This document shows positions 46,501 to 59,800 of a stretch of DNA of 64,000 bases, one piece after another (position 1 is the stretch's first letter; each line of letters starts with the position of its first letter). The notes under the pieces are model-generated. The model worked only from the letters and a program-made list of their open reading frames with translations. It ran no database searches and was not told the DNA's origin. Source of the stretch: Trichoplax adhaerens (taxonomy: Eukaryota > Animalia > Placozoa); assembly GCF_000150275.1 (NCBI RefSeq), contig NW_002060947.1, positions 2,221,740-2,285,739 of the forward strand, written 5' to 3'. Made by a program: the position numbers and the translations under genes.

Positions 46501-48168
46501 TATGGCAAGTCCTTCAATTAAATCTGTCTTTTATTTATAGATCGATATGATTCTTACCTTCGTTTTCAGTATCTCTTTAGCGGCATCGTAAGATTTATTA
46601 AAAGCTACCAAGTAAATAGCTTCCAGCTGATCGTCTGATAATGCGGTAAGAATGGCTTCAGCTGTACTGGTAGGTGTTGTACTAGGATTGTGTGGCATCT
46701 TCCGAATCCATTCTAGTGATTGTTCGATTGATGAAGCATTGACTTCAAGAACTGATTGCTGCCAGCACTGAACCATATCGGAACTCCTTTATAGGATTTT
46801 ATTAAAAGGTATCAAAATACTTTCTGATGGTAATAGTGTGAGATGTATTTGTATGATGAAATGCGCAACTTACCTGATGATATTATATTTAGTTACATGC
46901 GTAAGCTGTTCGTGGACAACTAATTCAATTAAAGCTTTAACGTCATCAAATTCGTCTGCAATCTCCGCATTTCCATCAATAATGATTATAATACGACTTT
47001 CATGAATTACTCCAAATATACAGCGACTGAAAATGAGGCATTAGAATCATTACATAGTATTATTACGTTTCATTCTGTTAATCCTGTCTTATTTACTAAT
47101 CCAATTAAAAATTTTTAATTAAGAAATATGACTCTTAGTCAGGATATTTTGTAAAATATATATCATCTGTTAAGCCAAACTAGTGTCAGCATGGCACATC
47201 AAATTATTCGAACAAGTCGAAGTTGTTTTTTACCTTCCTGAAGTTAGCCATTCTAGTCGCTGCTTAAATAAGTTGACCACCTTAAGAATTACCTTCTCTA
47301 CGGATTGTAGCTTTTGCAGACTTGCAGAAATCTAAGTTATATAATATTAAAATATGTAAGTTGCTGAGAAAATATTTCTATAATATTGAAATAAATGCAA
47401 ATCAAAAATCTAGTCGAAGCGATCTCATTACTGTAGATACATTGCGCACAGTCTTATATTGTAATAGAAAGACAAAGCAATCGCTTACATTATATATGAT
47501 GCCATTTTTACTAGGATATTGGACGAATAGCCCCTGAGAGTATTTTGAACGTATCGGCTTTTTAAGAGCATCAACATAATCTAAAATGAAAGATAAAAGA
47601 ATATAGGGACGTCAGGGAAATTTATATTTATTGGCATGCCAATTAATCAACTGAATTAATAATTTTCTGTCTTATATCTTCAAATGGAGGTAATACACAG
47701 TGAAATAATAGATTTATAAAGTGAAAATTAATATAACTTGCCATCAACATGTTTAAATCCGATTGTTGGAAGAATCTGCTCCATGGTTAGTTTCTTAACC
47801 GATAAGCCATGACGCTGATAACAAATAATAATTTCAAAATTCTCAGTTTTACTGATAGCATTATTACTTTGATAGCTATCACATTTCATACATTGTACAG
47901 TAAAAACAGCTACCCTGTATGTATTACACTTATAATGTATAAATAAGTTCGTAAATGATTTGCCTTATCTATTACAAAATAATTTTTACTAGGGTGTATA
48001 AAATATCGCTAGGATTGACACACTGATATAACCTCTATTTATTACCTTTAGCCATACTAACGAAGAGCATTGTATACAAGCATCAGTAAGCCAATCTGTT
48101 CTGGTAGATTCGATTCCCCATCGCCTAAAGCGCATGGAGGTCTTGCTAATATCTGAATTGAGTGCCAT
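34579..48168 (-). CDS. VWA3B: von Willebrand factor A domain-containing 3B-like, roughly 35-38 exons, with extended C-terminus
   Basis: WLKRHGLSVKKLTMEQILPTIGFKHVDDYVDALKKPIRSKYSQGLF resembles the VWA3B N-terminus. VWA motifs ILVDTSSSM, GGSTNTLAAL, IYLLTDGRPD, VHTISFNC. DUF4537-like VVARSSSDGFYYAGTV. Stop TAA at 34581-34579. Confidence 0.9.
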
Positions 48169-49476
48169 TGTTTAGAATGAGTAATCTATAGAGATAGAAG
48201 TAGATATGGTCAGGTGATAGATAACTGTTAGTGTTATTAATGACCAGATCGACTAATAAATAAAGATGAAGTTTAGATAAGTAAATGTCCGAACTCTTTA
48301 AAGCTTGAAATCTAATTAAAACTTCTACCGCAACTTCAGAGTTAAGAATTACAAAATGATATGAATCAGTAACTATGATATCCTTCGTTACTACAGTATT
48401 ACTCTTTGAGTTTTATTGCTGTGGAATAATATTTATAAAGAGGCGATCGTTTCGATTGAAATGTTAGTTTATGATATTATTTATGATAAAGACGGGATTT
48501 GATTACATATTAAGGTTGTGACAAATTGCCGGTCAATATAGCCCATTAGCTGGAATTCGTGTTTTAGCATTACGCGTAAAACATGTTGCCATACATCACT
48601 TTACAATTACTATGGTGTGCCGGCAATAAAGATATATTCTTATGTACTGTACGTATTAGATAATTCGGACAGATATATAATGTGTCATAATTACTATCAC
48701 TACAAAAATATGCCTAATACATTAATTCTGCTATTAAGTAAGCTGTAGTGCAATACTCACATTAGTTCAAGATAGATAAAGTTGCACCTTTTACCGTTGA
48801 CGTATTGAATCTGTTATTGAAGTATCTAAACGATTCATTACCAAAACCGCTAGTCACAATTTACAATTCTTGCAACTTTAAAGAATTGGATATTGCTTCC
48901 TTTTTAGTATGAAATCCTATAAGCTATTAGAAAGTTTTAGAAAGTCATGCAATCTTATGAACTGCTAAATTCAAACAAACTTGATTGATTTTGATTGATT
49001 GATGTAAGCATGTTTATAAGCTTACTGTACGTATGCTTGATGTCTTGGATAGTAAACCGGTAAATGATTCAAGTCTTACTCCTCTGATAGCCAATTTTGT
49101 TACTGTAGCATCACTATATTATAATATGAAGTACGTTAATGGTTGTAAAGATAAACCAATGGCGTAATATTCGTACAAGAATGCGTACCTCAATTATATC
49201 AATTTATGTACGAGTAAGCAGATGATAAAGGTGCGATATACGCACAGTATTTTATAAGGTTTAGATGCTAGCAGTACTTCTCTTACTATACCAACGCCTC
49301 GGTACGTAAACTACTTTACGCTTTTGACCGTAACATATCGATACACGTATACTGTATATATGTACAATAACAAAATGCAGCGTAGTAACAAGTAAAGACT
49401 TTACACTTAAGCGCGATAATAACATAATATAATTTAACTTTTCTGGATTCTACACCTGGTAAGCATCTAGTTAGTG

Positions 49477-49491
49477 GTTACTAATAGCAAC
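49477..49491. promoter_or_regulatory. RFX X-box candidate upstream of VWA3B
   Basis: GTTACT-AAT-AGCAAC fits GTNRCY-N(0-3)-RGYAAC, at the VWA3B-facing edge of array D. Confidence 0.55.
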
Positions 49492-49534
49492 AGAAATCTG
49501 TCGTTTCTCTGTTTCGGACATCCAGGTTTTCGGA

Positions 49535-50205
49535 CAGCACAGTACAGTACAGAATCAATCCGCTTCCGTTTGGCCAATGGCCATACAGTACAGTACCAGT
49601 GTACAGTACAGCTCACAGTACTTTATACTGTAGCTTACAATACTATACAGCGTGAACCAGTTCGAATCAGAGTACTTTTTAAAGGTGCGCTAAAATCACA
49701 ACTATCTGTACAGTACAGAGGGTGGACGGGCTAATACTGTATGTAGGATTTTTGTGAAAACGGAATGCATAAAAATTTTGTTATAACAGATTTCATATCA
49801 GTCGATGGAGAAAGAGTTAAATTTACACGAATCCGTACTGTACAGTACTGTATATGATATACAGTACTGTACCTTTTCCACAAGCTTCTACGAAATTGGA
49901 AATTCTTCGTCACTTCAGTACTTTACTTAACCTACTTTATGTACTGCACACTGTACAGTACACTATACAGTACTGTACTGTACGTGCATCTCACGTACCG
50001 TACAGTACAATGTACTGTACAATATACAGTATGTACTGCCCATTGGTAGAGCACAGTAAACAGTAGTACAGTACTGTAGTACGCTATACAGTACTGTACT
50101 GCACAGTGTACAGTGTACAGTAGTACTGTTAAAGTAAAGTATCTGCGGTCTTTTCAATACTGCAAAGTTGCATCTCGGATGTACAGGACATTGTACAGTA
50201 TGTAT
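49535..50205. repeat. (GTACW)n array D in the VWA3B/CWF19L2 divergent promoter
   Basis: Dense TACAG/TACTG/TACAGTG units in blocks 49538-49745, 49834-49872 and 49940-50130. Confidence 0.9.
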
Positions 50206-50348
50206 GCAAATTTACATTCATAAATATCTTTATAAACATGATTCTTCCTTGTCAGCTCTACTGAAAGCGAAGTACTTGATTTACTACTGTAATTAAATTA
50301 AATACCATGCAGTATTACCATTGATTCATTGGCTAAAACGGCGAAGAC

Positions 50349-53300
50349 ATGGAATTTATATCTGGAAATAAGATTGAAAGCGACCGACAGCAAGTGCGAG
50401 CTGCTCGTCAACAAATTTTAGAGAAGGTACAGTAAGCAGTACTGTAGACTATAATGCCATACTATCTGTCCGTCATCATAATTTCACCAAATATTGCAAG
50501 GAACTATGATGTGCAGTGTGATGAAGTACGTTATTATTCAATGTAAGCTCGATATTTCAGTGGTCTTCTTCCTACAGTTTCCTGTAAACTTGGACGTCAA
50601 ATAGCAAAGACTTCGCAAAATACTGTATATTACAATCTCTGTTTTGCTAAGCTACAGCTAGTGTAGTTATGATAAAGGAGGTAGGCTGATACGAGATTGT
50701 TCAGTGAACGAATTTCTTGTACACTAGAATCATATAGTTTCGCGTTGTTACATTACAATTGTATTACCTTTTGCCTTATTTTGCATTTTATTGCATAGTC
50801 TATGAACACACAAGTGTTCATGTCATGGATTTGTCTACTTCTGCATGGCAAATTCTTGATGTAATACGAGTTAACTCAGTTAATAGATGAAATAGTTTGA
50901 TCCTAACTATGGTTAAAATTCTAAGGTCTTGAGATTGATTGTATGCATATTAATTAACTGTTGCAGATTAGTTTAAATGTTGTATAACATACACATCACA
51001 GATATCCACCTATACAGTAAACGTATATTGCACCTCACATCGTTCATGCATGAGAATGAATGATTATAATGCACTCGTACGTACATGTACTGTACAAGAT
51101 CTGCCTAATCATTTTGCAACAGGGCTAGATGATGTTATCAGTTCGAAAATAGGAATGCAAGATTAGTACATTACTTCAAAGACTAAATAGAACATGATGT
51201 CGTTGTTTATAATTTCTTATGAGGTACAAATACCATCATTATCATTAATTATAATTTCTTATGTTCGCCTGTAATCTAATTAGAAAATAATTGAGATGAC
51301 TAGATTGCACTTTCTTGATGGCATGATAGGCAAAAAGGGACTTTTTTAGAAAACAGCAAATTGAAGAACGAAAACGGCAACGTGGTGACGATGTATGGAT
51401 ACTGCCATCCATCGATAAGAGAATAAAAGATGACTCAGGGGTGCGTACGTAATAAATACTAACTATATCCATTTTGGCATCATTAGGGTTCAATGCAGAA
51501 GAAAATAGGACATAGGATTTTAGCAATTTTTGTGATTAAGCAACTCTTGTAGCTGTGTCTCTACTTTTGCAATTGTTACGATGTCGATGGACTGATTCTT
51601 TGCAATTCATACATTAGCGCTTCCTGTCAATACTTTTATATAGTAAACAAAGATTTTCTCTAAAACTAGATCATATTAGACTGTCTCACAGACAATGATA
51701 GAGTAGGACGTACTAATACAATATCTATGATTGGATGATTTACCCCAATCTATTAGGATATAAATGAAAGGAAGAAAAAGAAGAGTAAGAAAAGCAAGAA
51801 ATCGAAACATAAAAAGGTTCTTTAATGCTTTTCCCGATTACTACAATATTTCTAGAAATTATATTATTCTAAAAGTCCATTACATTGTTTTAGTCTAAAC
51901 GTAAAGCACATCATGAAAGATCAATGAAGCAAATCCCAGATTCTGTATGTAATCAAGCGTTACTACCTGCTACGAGTGCTAAGATTATGGAACTGTCAGT
52001 GACTACTAAAAATAGTAGTCTCTGTATTATATGATGAATTTGTAGAAACTTGGGTGTTAATCAGAATGCAGCATAAACTTGTAGCGTGAAACTTTAGGAT
52101 ATCCTACATTGATTGATTATTTTATCATTTTTCATGTAGGATGAAGAATCTAACGAGGATAGTGATAGTCAATGGGTGGAGAAGCTAGTTGATGACAACA
52201 AAGGCCAATCAGTGACTGACAGTCAGCAGCAGTCTGGAGGCCTAGCCAAAGTGAGTTCTCGTAACATTGTGATCCAATGATTAGTTCGTAATAGTTATAA
52301 ATTTGCTAAGATTATTTCATTGGTAATAGTACAGTATATTAGTTACATCATGTTTTACATTAAAAATTACTATAGAACATAATACCATTAATATACCAAA
52401 AAGTATGAACTTTTCAGCGGTAATGACAGTCATCACATTTTAATTGGCTTACATCCACTTGCCAACGCTTGTTAATTAAACTAGTACTTTGTACAAAAGA
52501 TTAATTTGTTCTCCTTTTATTTTTCTTAGAGAGACGATTGGATGCTTCATTCGCACCTATTTGATGACATAAGTCAAAGGTCTAAAGAACGAGATATACT
52601 TAAACCTATCAAAGAAGATAAAAAGGAGACTGCACAATCTGATCTGGTAAACAATTAGACCTTAAGTTATTATAATGTCTTTTCTTTCGTATTTTGTTTC
52701 GCTCGTAGTATCTATCACGCACTAATAAAGTTTGTAACCATTTAGCCTGGTCAGCATCCTAAGGAATTGAATCCGTACTGGAAAAACAATGGTACCGGCC
52801 TACCTGAGGACAATGTAAAGGTTATTGACAGCTTCAATTTACAATTGTATGACTGTAGTCATAATAGCAGTACTTATTTTCCATGTCGCTAAGACTTTAA
52901 GAAAAGAAGAATATAAAAATAATGATGTAGCTTTTGTCGATTAGGAGATACCAAATTTTTCCCGTAACCGTCCAGAATCTAGTAGCGTTAAGAAGGACAA
53001 TGTAGTCGCTGATCGTCTACAATTAGCAAAGGATCGCTGGAAGCTTGCCAAACTTCAAAAGGAAGATACTTCTGCTACATCCGTGGCTGAGAAGAATAAT
53101 TCTAAGACTGCAAAAAAATTTTCTCGTCCTGGAACTTCTCCCGCGTCACTCCCGCAACAGATGACATCTAAGAGGCATGGCTGGATGAAGCAAGGACATA
53201 CAGAATACACCAACGAGAGCGAAAATACCTTGCATTCTAAAGAATCTGCAGAAGATCTGAGTAGGCTTGAGTTTACTGATACTTTAAACCATGTCGATAA

Positions 53301-56288
53301 GCAAGAATCGATAACGGATGAACCGAGTTCTTCCGACAGTGAATGCTGCAGTTCATATGATGAAGCAGAAGAAAAATCAACCGTAAAAATTGCAACTACT
53401 GACGATCTTAATGTGATTAGCTCTAAGATTTTTAGAGCAGAGTTGATGGGAGACATGGTTAGATTATACATTAAGGTCTCTACAAATGATTGAAATTATA
53501 GTTATTTTTAGTGTGCTACATTTAATTTCAGGAACTTGCAAATAAATTGAAGCATCAATTGGAGACTGCAAGGCTTGCCAAAGATGACCATCAGATGCGA
53601 CTAGTAGTTACTAAACCTAAGTCCGGCAACAACGCAGATAAAACTGCTGAGAGTACATCCAAGGAGAATGTCATTTATCTTAGTCGGAAAAACGCTTCTG
53701 GGATGGAAATTCCTCTAAAAAATCCAAATAACCCAAACTATGGCAAGCTCGATCATCGTCGAAAGAAGGTTCTACTAATGTATAATTAGTTGACTATTTT
53801 AAAGTTCTATTTGCGTGCACCTACTTAGAAATTGGTATTAGATGTTAAACCAGAGACTGCTAGGGACTATTAAGAAAAAGAAAGAGAGGAGGGAAAGCGG
53901 TTGTTCACTATATAAAAAATGTGAAGGCCGGTTATTTGGCTGATCATTTTAACTGCATCGTATATCTACAACGGTACACTTTACTGTCTGTAATTGACAC
54001 CCAAATTAGCTATTGGGTTGGTTTTGTGCAGTATGGTATACGATCTCGTTTGTACCACGTAGTAGAATGGCCGGAAAAATGATAGGCCTCCACATTATTT
54101 TACTCTGAAGGCCGCTTTCTGTCCGTTTCTTTCTTTCTTTTTAGTAGTCTCTATCGAAATTATACCAAATATTTTTCACTAATGTACTTGAGTAGAATCA
54201 TTTAAACCGTATGGTATCTTGCACTGTACTACACTTCTACTTTACTTAGAGTTGGAAATAGTTTTAAGTTTTATAAGATTACTTACGGCTTACCTGAATC
54301 TCATTGACGATACCTTTCTATTGTCTAATACAGATCAAGACACACTCTCTCGCTGGTGATCGTGAGCGATACTTTGCCGATGATGATAAGCATGATCTTA
54401 AAGCTCTTGTTAGTGCATGCATGATAATTTGCGTATTCGAATAGTAAAATTATACCTGTAATAATTTCGAATATTATATGGTATATTTATGGTTAATTAG
54501 TTTCAACATGAGAAGGAAGGAAACTCGTTGGATTACAACAATGTGTTATCCCGCCTATCTAATAAGGTAATTTTCCCCCTTCGCTCTAAAATAATAATGG
54601 TAGCGTCATAAAGTTCAAGCTTTCTGTAATAATTTGTCCTTGAGAAAATTTTCCACCACTACAGAATAATATTCGCATGCATTACGTCGTTAGGGCCGTG
54701 CGTCTGTCGATTCCGAAAATTTCACTTTAGACGATATGTTTGAAAGCAGTCTAGCACGTGAATTGACCCCAGGACAAAAATATGAACGTGAAAAACGGAA
54801 AGCGACAATTGGTAAAATTATTCTATTTGATGTAATAAATATACTATGCTCAAATATGGTGCTATAAATAGTATTGCTATTGAAGAAAATTAGAACATAC
54901 GAGAAATTCATTAAACAAAATTAGAATTAGAATTATTTGTCCTTCTTAGAGCAACACAAGCTAATGGAAAAGCAATCCAAATGTCCGTTTTGTATAGATA
55001 GTAGTATCTTTGAGAAACATTTACTGATTGCTTTGGGCATCAAGGTATCCCTTATCATTATGAGAGCTTTTTTGTTCATAATCGGAATAAACCGAAAATT
55101 ACTTTAAAAATGTTTCAGGTTTACCTATCATTGCCTAGTCATCGCCCTTTAACGGACGGTCACTGCTTTATTGTTACAATGGCTCACGAATTAGCTAGAA
55201 CTGCCTTGGATGAAGATGTTTTGCATGAAATAAACGTAAATTCCTTATTAAGATTATTTCTACTGCAGTAGCCTGCATATATATGTAATATATGTATGAA
55301 TTTACCGTTATATTTTCTTCGAATATAGGTTTATCGGAAAGGTTTGACGAAAATGTTCGCTGAGAAGGTACTGCTTAGCAGCAATCTTACATGTTGAAGT
55401 TAGGTCTTAAAAAACTGCAATTGCTTCACTAATATTTAGTCTTCATAAGTGTATAGAATTCAATTTACTTATTGCCATGTAGACTTATTCCAATTTGCTC
55501 TTGATAAATTTGTATTAACCACCAGGGGATGACTGCAATATTTATTGAAACATGTATAAACATAAGGCATCACCGTCATTTATGCATCCAGTGCTTACCA
55601 GTTCCACAAGAAATTGGCGATATGAGTCCCATATACTTTAAGGTTCGTAAAATGTTAGTAACATTAATTCACAGGCTCTACTATATAAGCATATTTGCTT
55701 AAATACTGCAGAAAGCTATCCAGGAATCAGATACAGAATGGTCTCAAAATAAGAAACTGATTTCGTTTAGTGAAGCGAAATTGACTCATTCAGTACGTGA
55801 TAGATAAAATATTTCCTTCATCACTGAATTTCTATATATTTTACATGCTATCAGTTGCTTTACCAATGATATCAGTTTTCTCCGTACATGGCTTACGTTT
55901 AAACCTATGATACTACAGATACCTAAAGGATTTCCGTACTTTGCGGTTGAATTTGAGTTAAATGGAGGCTTTGCTCATGTCATTGAAGATGAAGATTTAT
56001 TTCCTTATTACTTTGGGCAGGTACTCGAACTACTGATCATAGACAATGTTAAATTCATGTCTGAAGTGTTTTATCGAATTAGTAATTAGTAGCGTAAATA
56101 TTATAGAAAGCAGGTATTCATCCGCCCTATTCTTTTACTATTAGGAGATTATTGGTGGAATGCTAGACGTTGATCCATATTTATGGAGACGACCGCCGAA
56201 GGAGAACTTTAGTCAACAGCAAAAACGAGTTATTGAGTTTTCAAAATGGTGGAAACCGTATGATTGGACGCAGAAGATTGAACGATAA
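50349..56288 (+). CDS. CWF19L2: CWF19-like protein 2 (CwfJ domain, intron-lariat spliceosome factor), about 19 coding exons
   Basis: RAARQQILEKAK..RGDDVWILPSI, PKELNPYWKNNGTGLP, IFRAELMGD, RERYFADDDK, CPFC, DGHCFIV, PIYFKKAIQESDTEWSQNKKL, IPKGFPYFAVEF..GGFAHVIEDE, WWKPYDWT. Confidence 0.95.
53861..54153. mobile_element. Degenerate fold-back / MITE-like element in a CWF19L2 intron
   Basis: Left arm TAGGGACTATTAAGAAAAAGAAAG..GAAAGCGG..AATGTGAAGGCC aligns over ~95 bp with the reverse complement of the right arm, TAGAGACTACTAAAAAGAAAGAAAG..GAAAGCGG..AATGTGGAGGCC. Inner pairs ATCGTATA/TATACGAT and ACCCAA/TTGGGT. Outer TA on both sides. No coding capacity. Confidence 0.75.
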
Positions 56289-56898
56289 CATAATGTGTCG
56301 CAATAGCATTAGATACTAAGTTTTGTATTTAGGTCGTTGTTGTGACATATTTAATCTTATTCCGAAAAGGTCATCTAGAGGACAGATATCCAAAATTGCA
56401 CTAACCACTACAGTACTACAATCATGTATAGTTTAATAATATAATTAGCACCTGCGCTTTCATCAGAATCATTTTAGCTTTCAGCAGTATTTACAGTTCA
56501 GCATCACTCACGACTTGTGATGATTGTGACCTTGCAATTTCTAAGTGAAATGTGTATATATATTTTTCGTTGTCTTAAGAAAAAATTTCAGTAATGTCAA
56601 TAAAATTATGCTTTCTACACTTTCAGCAAGCAAATAGATTTTTTTATTGTTTTCAAATAATTAAAAATGTCAAGAGCTCTATAAAAAGGTTAAAATTCCT
56701 TTAGTATTTAATCTAGAGCATAATCAATTTTAAATTTTCCTTGACTTAAATCAAGCTGGTGCAGATGTAATCCGTCATATTACGTATAACGACAATGAAT
56801 AGACATTCAGCCCTTAGTCGTATTAATACTTTCAGAAGCATCTAATAAAGAAAATATGTAATACAATGATCTTTGCCAATACAAGATAACGGATCATT

Positions 56899-59800
56899 TC
56901 ACATGCCATTATAAGCTGGACCGCCACCATTTTCAGGCACAACCCAGTTAATATTTTGACTAGGATCTTTGATATCACAGGTTTTACAATGAACGCAATT
57001 CTGAGCATTAATTTGTAAACGGCTACCTCCGTCTTCATTTTGAACAAATTCATAAACACCAGCAGGACAGAAACGTTGTTCAGGGCCATCGAAAATAGTT
57101 AAGTTATGACTGACGGGGACGTCATCATTTCGAAGCGTTAAATGAGCTGGTTGGTCATGCTCATGATTCGTTCCACTTAAGGCAACAGATGAAAGCAGAT
57201 CGAAACTGACCTCATTATCTGGCTTAGGATACTCAATTTTCTTGCACTCGCTACTTGGCTTTAATGATACATGGTCAGGTGTTTTATGTTTCAGTGTCCA
57301 CGGTTCATATCCCTTGGAAATAAAATTTAAAGCACCTGCGAAGATTCCTCCATACATTCCTAAAAATGTATGGCATGAAGGTCGAATATTACGAACTGCA
57401 TAAAGTTCCTTCCAAGCCCAACTCTCTTTAAAGCGTGTTTCATATGAATCTATTTCAATCCCTAAAATAGTGAGAGTTTAAACTTGGATATTTTATCTGA
57501 GACAGATACACCAAGTATTTATAGAGTTACCTGTATCTGAAGAAGCCATATCGTTGGCAATAGCATCAAAAGCACATTCGGCAGCAATTATACCACTCTT
57601 CATAGCGGTATGAGTTCCTTTTAACTTCGGTACATTCATGAAACCAGAACTGCACCCAATTAAAAGGCCCCCTGGAAACGTTAACTTTGGAACTGACTGT
57701 AACGTAGTAGTCCATAGTCACAATTACCAAAGGTACAGCGGTAAAATTCGCTAACTATATTACGAAGCGTCATAAAATTAAATTTACCTGTACGCCACCC
57801 TCATTTAAAGCACGCGCTCCATAGGCAATACGTTTCCCACCTTCAAATATGGGTCTCACAGTTGGGTGTTGCTTAAATCTCTACCGCACATTGTTACAAA
57901 TTTCAAATGAACTCTCTCATTCTATCTATCATTTGTTCAATCAGTGTTTACATATTATATTCACGATTAACAGTCTTTGTCATTACCTGAAACTCCTGAA
58001 AAGGGCTTAGATACGGATTACTGTAATCGAGACCAACCTAAATATTATGTTAGACGGAATTGATTAATACCACGCGAGAATATTATAATCAAGAATGCAA
58101 AATCATAATGTAGTCATGCTACGTGACCAAAAGTTATAGATGATCAACTTAATAGCTAAACTACAACGTAAAATAAAAAAAATACACGTTACAGAGATAA
58201 TAAACTATTAATTATACATAATGCATACCACAAAGCCAACAGCAATCATAGGCGAACCTTCATTTAAATGGTATAAAAATGATCCACCATAAACAGATCG
58301 ATCCTGCAATATGGATAATCAGAACTGTTTTACTAATTCTCGCTAATTTCATAAAGGTATATCCAGTATAATTACGCAAATTACACACGTACTTAAACAA
58401 ATAGCCTACTAATAAAGCAGTTTAAAGATTATTATCATTCGTCCATTAAAAAATTCATGCAATGCCTACCAGCGGCCATCCAAATGTATGCTCAATCCTG
58501 CCAGGTCGCCATTTTTCTGGATTTACTTCCCATAGCTACATTACAAGTTCACATTAAATAAATTTATTTAAATCCTGTATTTTACATTACTTCTATTTTC
58601 ATACCGTACAGTGAATTGAGCTATAATAGTTGATTATAATTATCAGTAGAGATTTACCTCTTTTATACCTATTCCATAAGTTTGGTGCTGACAATCTCTA
58701 CGAAGGTCGAACTGTTTCATAAGCATTTTAGCAAGGTGACCATGACATCCTTCAGCAAATACTGTTAATTTTGCGTGTAGTTCCATTCCCCGTTCAAACG
58801 TGGGCTAAAATTGATGTAAATATTACAACAATTTATAATCGTTATATTAATGCATAGTATCTATAGAACTTAATGACATGGTCCAGTTTTTTACTTTGGG
58901 TGCTCCATCTTTCTGTATTCCTACATCGTTAGTAGCAATCCCTTTAACGCTGCCGTCACTATGATATAATACCTTATGCAAGCAGAACATATCACTCAGA
59001 TTAATTTACGTCTGAACTCGTGCAACATAGCCAATTTATGTACCCGTATCACATACCTCACTAGCTGCATATCCTGGATAAATTTCAACTCCTAGTTCTT
59101 CAGCTTGTTCTCCTAACCATCGAACGAAATTTCCTAAGCGGACAATGTAATTGCCGTGATTATAGATTGGGGTACCTAAAATCGATCATATAAGCATAAA
59201 TTGTGCATCATTTTCATTTATATTAGCATTAAGTTAAAAATGATATCAGTGATAAGTATACAACTATGCTTTGTAGATAGTGCGACAATTACCAGGGATA
59301 ACAGGTATCGAGAAGCGACCTTGCTTGGTTAAAAAAGCGAAATGATCTTCCTTTACAGGTGTGTGCAAAGGTGCCTAAGTGTTATAAAACAAAACGTTGA
59401 TGTAATATTACGTACCTATCAGCTTTCAGTAACTGCAACTTACATTCATCTGCTTCCAATCAGGGAATAATTCATCAAGAGCACGTGGTTCTAAGCAAGC
59501 TCCCGATAAAGTATGTGCACCTGAAACCCAGATTTAGTATGATCTTACTTTTAAGTCACCTATGCTATATCTCGTACTTTCAGTATTACAATCTCAAGTG
59601 ATTTTGAGCTGTTGACAATAAAACTATCATATGCACTCTAATTTTTTACTACAGAATTTTTAACAACCCGGAAGATTGGTAGAATATTAAAATGCTTATG
59701 AAACAGACAACAGGATCAATAAAGTCTACTTACAGACACTGCTCACTTACTGGGTTATACTGTACGCTAGTTTAATTGGAAATAAAGACTGTGTATTATG

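Noticed and set aside
49474-50157. Four short ORFs in array D
   Set aside because: Repeat-derived, on both strands, with no homology.
53055-53471. 138-aa minus-strand ORF
   Set aside because: Antisense shadow of a real CWF19L2 exon. The same applies to the shadows at 3579-3893, 9211-9465 and 43141-43344.
55045-55118. CWF19L2 intron starting GTATCCCTT, resembling a U12 donor
   Set aside because: Mismatch at +7 and no CCTTAAC branch site near the acceptor, so treated as U2-type.
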